Translations under genes and position numbers: made by a program
Shown here: in pieces, positions 1-4,319 of the stretch
Position numbering within the stretch: the stretch's first letter is position 1
Layout of the letters: each line of letters starts with the position of its first letter
Notes under the pieces: model-generated
What the model was told of the DNA's origin: nothing
The model's database searches: none
The model's input: only the letters and a program-made list of their open reading frames with translations
Source of the DNA: a virus
Taxonomy: Duplodnaviria; Heunggongvirae; Uroviricota; Caudoviricetes
DNA: 4,319 bases
Strand: one strand, 5' to 3'
IMG/VR virus record: IMGVR_UViG_2778261247_000018

Positions 1-1134
1 TCTGGTGTGCTGACAGAGGCTGCCATTGACGAGCCACGATTTGAACGTGATGGCCTGCTTATTGAGGGGCAAAGAACTAATCTTCTGCTTAATTCAACAA
101 ATCCATCTAAATGGAATAAGTCAAGCAATCTGGAACTCACAGAAATATCCACGGATTCTTTTAATTTTACTTATGGTAGATTTACTGTAAAAGATACTCT
201 TATTGGTCAAACAAGTGCGATTAGTATCGTAACGGTTTCTGGCAGTAAAGGATTTGATGTCACAGGTGATGAAAAATATGTGACCATTTCATGCCGTGTC
301 AGAAGTGATGTTGAAAATATAAGGTGTCGTTTAAGATTTGAACATCATGATGGTTCTACTTACACTTTTTTGGGAGATGCTTACCTCAATTTATCAACAC
401 TTTTAATTGAACTAACTGGTGGTGCTGCAAATCGTATTATTTCAAAGGCAGTAAAAGATGAGGCTACTGGTTGGATTTTCTTCCAAGCTACAATTAATGC
501 ACTGGATACTGAGAGCATGATTGGTGCGATGGTTCAGTACGCTCCAGTAAAAGGTTCAGGCACAGTATCCGGAGACTATCTGGATATCGCAACTCCACAA
601 GTGGAAGGTGGATCAAGTGCTTCGTCATTTATTGTAACTGATATAACTGCAAGCACTCGCGCAAGCGATATGGTGACAGTCCCAATCAAGAATAACCTTT
701 ATAATCTTCCTTTTACAGTTCTTTGTGAGGTACATAAGAACTGGTATAAAACGCCAAATGCAGCACCGCGTGTTTTTGATACCGGCGGTCATCAAACCGG
801 AGCGGCTATTATTCTTGGCTTCGGTCGTTCAACAGATTACGACGGATTTCCTTATTGTGATATAGGTTTGGCTAACAGACGGGTAAACGAAAACGCATCG
901 CTTGAAAAAATGGTTATGGGGATGCGTGTAAAGTCAGATCAGTCTACGTGCTCAGTAAGTAACGGGCGTATATCCAGCGAAACAAAAACCACATGGTCAT
1001 ATATTCAGAACTCCGCAATTATCCGTATTGGAGGCCAGACTACAGCCGGGTTACGCCATTTATTTGGTCATATCAGGAATTTCAGAATATGGCACAAGGC
1101 ATTGACTGATGCTCAGATGGGGGAGTCAATCTAA
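1..1134 (+). CDS. Phage tail fibre / receptor-binding-like structural protein, C-terminal portion (5' end outside window); C-terminus resembles a LamG / concanavalin-A-like lectin domain
   Basis: The frame is open from base 1 (codons 1-3 and 4-6 are tct ggt, no stop), so the listed GTG at 7 is probably internal. Stop TAA at 1132-1134. The C-terminal motif ...LFGHIRNFRIWHKALTDAQM is, from memory, typical of LamG-like jelly-roll domains in phage tail proteins. Lies directly upstream of a recognisable tail fibre gene on the same strand, with the next gene overlapping its stop (TAATG). Confidence 0.55.
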   Translation, partial: SGVLTEAAIDEPRFERDGLLIEGQRTNLLLNSTNPSKWNKSSNLELTEISTDSFNFTYGRFTVKDTLIGQTSAISIVTVSGSKGFDVTGDEKYVTISCRVRSDVENIRCRLRFEHHDGSTYTFLGDAYLNLSTLLIELTGGAANRIISKAVKDEATGWIFFQATINALDTESMIGAMVQYAPVKGSGTVSGDYLDIATPQVEGGSSASSFIVTDITASTRASDMVTVPIKNNLYNLPFTVLCEVHKNWYKTPNAAPRVFDTGGHQTGAAIILGFGRSTDYDGFPYCDIGLANRRVNENASLEKMVMGMRVKSDQSTCSVSNGRISSETKTTWSYIQNSAIIRIGGQTTAGLRHLFGHIRNFRIWHKALTDAQMGESI

Positions 1135-1415
1135 TGAAAGATTTAACACTCAAATTTGAAGACAGGGCCGACTTTTCGGCCTTTATGGATAGCACTGGCT
1201 ATTATGATGACGAGTCGATGCAGGATAATATTCTTATTGACGTGATAGGTAACGTGTACAAAGAAACCGGAGAACTGACTGAAGATGGCGAACCGGTATG
1301 TGTTAAGGAAGACGGATATTTTGTAAACGTGCGCATCATTAATGATGTGAAAACACCGTCATTATTCGATGAATACGCGGTTGCTGTTGAGCATCAACTT
1401 CGTGGCTGGATGTGA
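1134..1415 (+). CDS. Hypothetical small acidic protein (93 aa), translationally coupled to the upstream fibre-like gene; possible fibre assembly chaperone or adaptor
   Basis: ATG at 1134-1136 overlaps the upstream stop (TAATG). Shine-Dalgarno GGGGGAG at 1119-1125 with about 8 nt spacing. Stop TGA at 1413-1415, followed 9 nt later by the next gene. Protein is rich in D/E with no hydrophobic segment. I recognise no family; the functional suggestion is by position only. Confidence 0.55.
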   Translation: MKDLTLKFEDRADFSAFMDSTGYYDDESMQDNILIDVIGNVYKETGELTEDGEPVCVKEDGYFVNVRIINDVKTPSLFDEYAVAVEHQLRGWM

Positions 1416-1424
1416 GGAAGGAAA

Positions 1425-2465
1425 ATGGCTACATCGACAGTAATTCCTGATGATATCAAAACGCTAAAATCCGACGTTAGCAAATTAAAAACCGATCAAG
1501 GAAACTACGCAACAAAATCTTATGTAGACAATAAAACAACATGGAATGGTTATTGCAATGTAATCTATGATCAAAAAACATTGCCAACAACTGGAACTAT
1601 ATTCAGCGGTAAGCTGCATTTGTCAAATAAAACTGGTGAAACGGAAAACGCTTCTAGTGACATATATACCAGAAAAAATATTGACGGTACAAAAGATACA
1701 ATGACAAGGATTGTCACACACAATGGAACAAAAGGTATCTTTTGGGACTTTAGTGATCTTTACGGAGGAACTTTAATTTTCCCTGGTACTTCAGGTTATC
1801 TGAAAATGGGGAACTGTCTCATGTCGTATGGGGATCGTGTAGATAATGCCCTGATTAAATTTGATTATACAGACACATTACAGATCAAATATGCTAATCA
1901 CGGGTCGACCATGACATTAAACACACAGGGAACCGCTTATGCTGGTGTTACTGCTAAATTGTGGGGCAACTCTAGCCGTCCGGTTGTTTATGAAGTCGGT
2001 GTTGATGGTGGCGCTTATATGTTCTATGCGCAGAAAAATACCGATAACACCTATATGTTAAGCGTTAATGGTGCATGTCATGCCACCGCATTTAACCAGC
2101 ATTCCGACCGGGATCTGAAAGACAACATTCAGGTGATCGATAATGCAACCGACCGCATCCGTAAAATGAACGGCTATACATACACGCTTAAAGAAAACGG
2201 TATGCCCTATGCAGGTGTCATTGCACAGGAAGCTCTGGAAGCAATCCCAGAAGTTGTAGGTTCCGCAATGAAATATCAGGACGGTGCAAGCGGATCGGAA
2301 GGTGAAGAAGGTGAACGTTATTACACAGTAGATTATTCTGGTGTTACTGGCTTGCTTGTTCAGGTAGCCAGAGAGTCAGACGACAGAATAACAGTACTGG
2401 AAGAAGAAAACGCAGAATTAAGGCAAAGATTATCTGCAATTGAGGCGACGCTTGCGTCTAAATAA
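1425..2465 (+). CDS. Tail fibre protein with C-terminal intramolecular chaperone (peptidase S74 / endosialidase-chaperone-like) auto-cleaving domain
   Basis: RBS AGGAAGG at 1415-1421, ATG at 1425, stop TAA at 2463-2465. The C-terminal ~120 aa contain ...NQHSDRDLKDNIQVID... followed by a long helical tail (...EENAELRQRLSAIEATLASK). The Ser (codon 2103-2105, residue 227) and Lys (codon 2118-2120, residue 232) are spaced as in the Ser-Lys dyad of endosialidase / T5 pb1-type chaperone domains, as I recall them. Confidence 0.8.
   Translation: MATSTVIPDDIKTLKSDVSKLKTDQGNYATKSYVDNKTTWNGYCNVIYDQKTLPTTGTIFSGKLHLSNKTGETENASSDIYTRKNIDGTKDTMTRIVTHNGTKGIFWDFSDLYGGTLIFPGTSGYLKMGNCLMSYGDRVDNALIKFDYTDTLQIKYANHGSTMTLNTQGTAYAGVTAKLWGNSSRPVVYEVGVDGGAYMFYAQKNTDNTYMLSVNGACHATAFNQHSDRDLKDNIQVIDNATDRIRKMNGYTYTLKENGMPYAGVIAQEALEAIPEVVGSAMKYQDGASGSEGEEGERYYTVDYSGVTGLLVQVARESDDRITVLEEENAELRQRLSAIEATLASK
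2103..2462 (+). other. Predicted intramolecular chaperone / autoproteolytic domain of the tail fibre (cleavage expected at Ser227, leaving a mature fibre of about 226 aa)
   Basis: S-D-R-D-L-K motif with Ser and Lys five residues apart, then a conserved-looking helical C-terminus. Domain boundaries are approximate. Confidence 0.65.
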
Positions 2466-2468
2466 TAT
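2440..2468 (+). promoter_or_regulatory. Putative sigma70-like promoter for the small membrane-protein gene (-35 TTGAGG at 2440-2445, 17-bp spacer, -10 TAATAT at 2463-2468)
   Basis: Hexamers each match consensus at 4 of 6 positions with canonical spacing, inside the 3' end of the fibre gene. Purely sequence-pattern based and weak. Confidence 0.2.
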
Positions 2469-2476
2469 TAAGGGCT

Positions 2477-2794
2477 ATGCGCCCCGTTTTATTGGGTAGG
2501 ATGAAAATGGATATAACACCTTTTCTTCATGCGCTTTGTGCTGTGGCTGCGCAGGTACTGATTGGCCTTTTTACCGGAAACTGGGCTTACGGTGCGATAG
2601 CCGGTTGTACGTTCTTCATTGCGCGTGAACACACCCAGGCAGAATATCGCTGGATTGAAATGTTCGGGCATGGCAAGCGAATGAATATGCCGTGGTGGGG
2701 CGGTTTTGATCCGCGCGCGTGGGATGTAGCAAGCCTGATGGATTTTGCTGTGCCGGTGGTGGCGTGTCTGCTGATCTGGATGTTGATCCGTTAA
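2477..2794 (+). CDS. Small two-helix membrane protein (about 96-105 aa) in moron position; function unknown
   Basis: ORF 2477-2794, stop TAA at 2792-2794. ATG at 2507 has the better RBS (AGGA at 2498-2501, 5-nt spacer), so the true start may be 2507. Two hydrophobic segments (ALCAVAAQVLIGLFTGNWAYGAIAGCTFFIA and FAVPVVACLLIWMLI) flank a Trp-rich loop. Hand-counted GC of 60-nt lines is about 48-58% here against 32-37% in much of the fibre genes. Confidence 0.6.
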   Translation: MRPVLLGRMKMDITPFLHALCAVAAQVLIGLFTGNWAYGAIAGCTFFIAREHTQAEYRWIEMFGHGKRMNMPWWGGFDPRAWDVASLMDFAVPVVACLLIWMLIR

Positions 2795-2795
2795 A

Positions 2796-2845
2796 TATAA
2801 AAAGTAAAAAGCCGCAGTAACTTGTCATGATAGGATACTGCGGCT
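2796..2845 (-). terminator. Probable rho-independent terminator for the minus-strand dinI-like / int transcripts
   Basis: 10-bp stem 2810-2819 (AGCCGCAGTA) pairs with 2836-2845 (TACTGCGGCT) around a 16-nt loop. On the minus strand the hairpin is followed by TTTTTACTTTTTATATTT (plus 2796-2809 region). On the plus strand it is not followed by a U-tract. Confidence 0.5.
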
Positions 2846-2911
2846 GGCTGGTTAACTTTCGATAGTGCGAGTATTGAATGATTTCCAGCCGTTACTGATT
2901 TTACGTGCTAA

Positions 2912-3160
2912 TTAGTGAACAAACCACTCGTCAGCAGACTCCCAGGTATCTTTCAGAGTTTCCTGAACAAAAGTTTTAGCTGAATCTTTATCGGCGGTGC
3001 GCGTAACAGAAAGGCCATCGTTGCTGGTGGCTTTTACGATCACCTCTACATCGTCATAACGTTTACTGATGCGTCGGGTTAATTCTTCCTTTAACGCATC
3101 CACAGCACCGTTTGGCATTTTAGTCATTTTTTCTTTGGCTATGCAGATCTCAATACGCAT
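2912..3160 (-). CDS. dinI: DinI-family protein (DNA-damage-inducible protein I homologue, 82 aa)
   Basis: MRIEICIAK...[14 protein letters not shown]...LSV...[13 protein letters not shown] aligns by eye along its whole length with E. coli DinI as I recall it (81 aa; MRIEV.IAK...GAIDALAGELSRRI...ETWESADDWFV). ATG is the reverse complement of 3158-3160, SD GAGGG sits 6 nt upstream on the minus strand, stop TAA is the reverse complement of 2912-2914. LexA boxes lie immediately upstream. Confidence 0.88.
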   Translation of the reverse strand: MRIEICIAKEKMTKMPNGAVDALKEELTRRISKRYDDVEVIVKATSNDGLSVTRTADKDSAKTFVQETLKDTWESADEWFVH

Positions 3161-3175
3161 AAAAGTCCCTCTATA

Positions 3176-3191
3176 CTGTGTTTGTATACAG
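3176..3191. promoter_or_regulatory. LexA (SOS) box proximal to the dinI-like start: CTGTGTTTGTATACAG (minus-strand reading CTGTATACAAACACAG)
   Basis: Matches the gammaproteobacterial LexA consensus CTG-N10-CAG (CTGTATATATATACAG) at 12 of 16 positions on the minus-strand reading. Sits inside a 20-bp near-palindrome TACTGTGTTTGTATACAGTA (3174-3193), 16 nt upstream of the dinI-like ATG. Confidence 0.75.
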
Positions 3192-3203
3192 TATTATTTT
3201 TAA

Positions 3204-3219
3204 CTGTATGGATAAACAG
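3204..3219. promoter_or_regulatory. Second, distal LexA (SOS) box: CTGTATGGATAAACAG (minus-strand reading CTGTTTATCCATACAG)
   Basis: CTG-N10-CAG with 13 of 16 matches to CTGTATATATATACAG on the minus-strand reading. Its CTG is 28 bp from that of the proximal box, and it lies 2 bp past the integrase stop codon (3222-3224). Confidence 0.7.
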
Positions 3220-3221
3220 TG

Positions 3222-4319
3222 TCAAGAGGTCTTATTTCTGCTCCTTTGGAGCTCTTCAAAACGATTATGTAAAGATTTCGGATACAGTTCGGTATATACC
3301 TGCCATAGCACGTTTAATGAACGATGCCCTGTAACCTGAGCGACTTCCTCAATACTAAAACCAGCCTCAAATAAGCGACTTGCCCCTTCTCTACGCAAAT
3401 CATGGTATCGCAGATCTTTAATACCTAATTTGCTTCTTACCCTCTGAAATCCTGCAGTAACAGAAGTGCTGTTATATGGAAAAATGAATTCCGATTTTTT
3501 GGGCTGTCGTTGGACGATATCCCAGGCTTCCCCAAGCAAGGCTACTTTCATGTGGTTGCCTTCCTTTTTGCGTGGATCTTTCCTGTCTCTTACGAGTATA
3601 GATTTTTGTTCCTGGTCGAGATCTTCCCATCGTAACCGGCATACTTCTCCGATCCGCATACAGGACCACACAGAAAATTTGAGGATATCAACGAACGGAA
3701 TTTTTGAGCATTTATGAGTAGATCGTTGTTGAAGGCCTTCAATGAGCATGTCCAGTTCATCAGATGCTGGTCTACGATTACGACGGTTTGATTTACCAAT
3801 CAAACCAAGTTTAAGTAGATATGGGCGAGCGCTTTTCGCCGGGTTTGATGTGTAATTAATTCCGTATACAGGTTTGGCCGCATCCAGAACACTGCCAAGA
3901 TAACTAACATCGTGGCTGACTGTTGCTGGACCTGCACCAGCGTTGTTTCTTAGCCTGCAATGTTCAATTACGTCATTTTCTGTCAGTTCAGATAGTTTGA
4001 TCGCGGAGATGTCACTATCCATAAGCAGTTCCAGCACATATCTTTTAGTACGGCCTGCTTTACCTCCGGCATTTGGGTCATTTAAATATTTGTGTAGTAA
4101 GTCACGGACTGTAAGTCCGTCAACTGCATTTGATGATGGAATGCCATATAGATCTAATTCCATCACTTTCTGTGTTCCCCATGTTTTGGCATGAGCATGT
4201 TTAGGGAATGTTTTGCTTTCCCTGTAAGTGATAACACCTTTTTCTTTGATAATCACATTACAGCGATAGCGTGGTGTGCCATCGGATTTTAGTCGTTTCT
4301 CTATGTTATAGTACGCCAT
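3222..4319 (-). CDS. int: Tyrosine-type site-specific recombinase / phage integrase (365 aa as seen; start codon at the window edge, so the N-terminus could extend beyond it)
   Basis: Catalytic-domain motifs in the expected order in the C-terminal half: ...MRIGEVCRLRWEDLD... (box I Arg), ...YHDLRREGASRLFEAGFSIEEVAQVTGHRSLNVLWQVYTELYP (H-x-x-R, then GH, then a Tyr 10 residues later). The last block resembles the Rci / Xer / phage-integrase box II (GHRSxNxLxxY). Stop TGA is the reverse complement of 3222-3224. The ATG is the reverse complement of 4317-4319, the final three bases of the window. Confidence 0.85.
   Translation of the reverse strand: MAYYNIEKRLKSDGTPRYRCNVIIKEKGVITYRESKTFPKHAHAKTWGTQKVMELDLYGIPSSNAVDGLTVRDLLHKYLNDPNAGGKAGRTKRYVLELLMDSDISAIKLSELTENDVIEHCRLRNNAGAGPATVSHDVSYLGSVLDAAKPVYGINYTSNPAKSARPYLLKLGLIGKSNRRNRRPASDELDMLIEGLQQRSTHKCSKIPFVDILKFSVWSCMRIGEVCRLRWEDLDQEQKSILVRDRKDPRKKEGNHMKVALLGEAWDIVQRQPKKSEFIFPYNSTSVTAGFQRVRSKLGIKDLRYHDLRREGASRLFEAGFSIEEVAQVTGHRSLNVLWQVYTELYPKSLHNRFEELQRSRNKTS

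Noticed and set aside
1-2465. Diversity-generating retroelement targeting the lectin-like C-terminus of the first gene (the small downstream ORF as an Avd-like accessory)
   Set aside because: No reverse-transcriptase ORF in the window, and I could not find a template-repeat copy of the 3' end of the first gene. The gene after the small ORF is a tail fibre, not an RT.
2489-2671. 60-aa minus-strand ORF overlapping the small membrane-protein gene
   Set aside because: Lies entirely antisense to a plus-strand ORF with coherent hydrophobic helices and an RBS. No convincing RBS or known motif, and the sequence is Arg/Thr/His-rich and low-complexity, typical of antisense translation of GC-rich coding DNA.
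2477-2794. Lipoprotein reading of the small membrane protein (lipobox-like IAGC around residues 41-44)
   Set aside because: The Cys lies 33-43 residues from any candidate start, and the preceding hydrophobic stretch is about 25 residues, which is too long for a lipoprotein signal peptide. The alternative start at 2507 lacks a positively charged n-region. More consistent with a transmembrane helix; left open for signal-peptide prediction.
2477-2794. Holin reading of the small two-helix membrane protein
   Set aside because: No adjacent endolysin or spanin genes. The C-terminus is hydrophobic (…WMLIR), not the highly charged tail typical of holins. The location at the moron / int end, away from any lysis cassette, argues against it.
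2616-2828. 70-aa minus-strand ORF spanning the end of the membrane-protein gene and the intergenic hairpin
   Set aside because: Its start would sit inside the terminator hairpin stem (2810-2845), and it is antisense to the more plausible plus-strand gene. Pro/Ala/Thr-rich with no recognisable fold. Treated as spurious.
2795-2911. tRNA gene or tRNA 3'-end fragment as integrase target
   Set aside because: No cloverleaf-compatible sequence or conserved T-arm (GGTTCGAAT-like) motif seen by eye. A proper tRNA scan would be needed to be certain.
3466-3717. 83-aa plus-strand ORF inside the integrase gene (also 3943-4194 plus, and 3472-3669 and 3590-3799 minus in other frames)
   Set aside because: All are embedded in the integrase coding region, which has clear catalytic motifs. 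The minus-strand ones are in different reading frames from int. Ser/Leu/Arg-rich with no start context. Treated as overlapping-frame noise.
1-4319. Shufflon or invertible tail-fibre segment driven by the Rci-like tyrosine recombinase
   Set aside because: All fibre coding sequence in the window is on the plus strand with no inverted gene fragments. I saw no matching pairs of inverted recombination-site repeats flanking fibre 3' ends. Cannot be excluded for sequence outside the window.
1-4319. CRISPR array, IS element or transposase
   Set aside because: No regularly spaced direct repeats, terminal inverted repeats or transposase-like ORFs are visible in the window.

Overview
This window looks like the att-proximal end of a temperate phage or prophage from a gammaproteobacterial, probably enterobacterial, host. 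The plus strand carries the 3' end of a tail/late operon: the C-terminal part of a large tail-fibre-like protein (runs off the 5' edge), a translationally coupled 93-aa acidic protein, and a 346-aa tail fibre whose C-terminus is an auto-cleaving intramolecular chaperone domain. These are followed by a GC-richer gene for a small two-helix membrane protein in classic 'moron' position. The minus strand converges on this with a DinI-family gene preceded by two tandem LexA (SOS) boxes, and a tyrosine integrase whose ATG is the last three bases of the window. A hairpin plus T-tract between the convergent units looks like the minus-strand terminator. No rRNA, tRNA, CRISPR array or transposase was seen. 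The most interesting items are the SOS-wired DinI-like gene next to the integrase, the unassigned small membrane protein beside the receptor-binding genes, and the uncharacterised acidic protein coupled to the fibre gene. All functional calls rest on motif recognition and gene context by eye; no database search was run.
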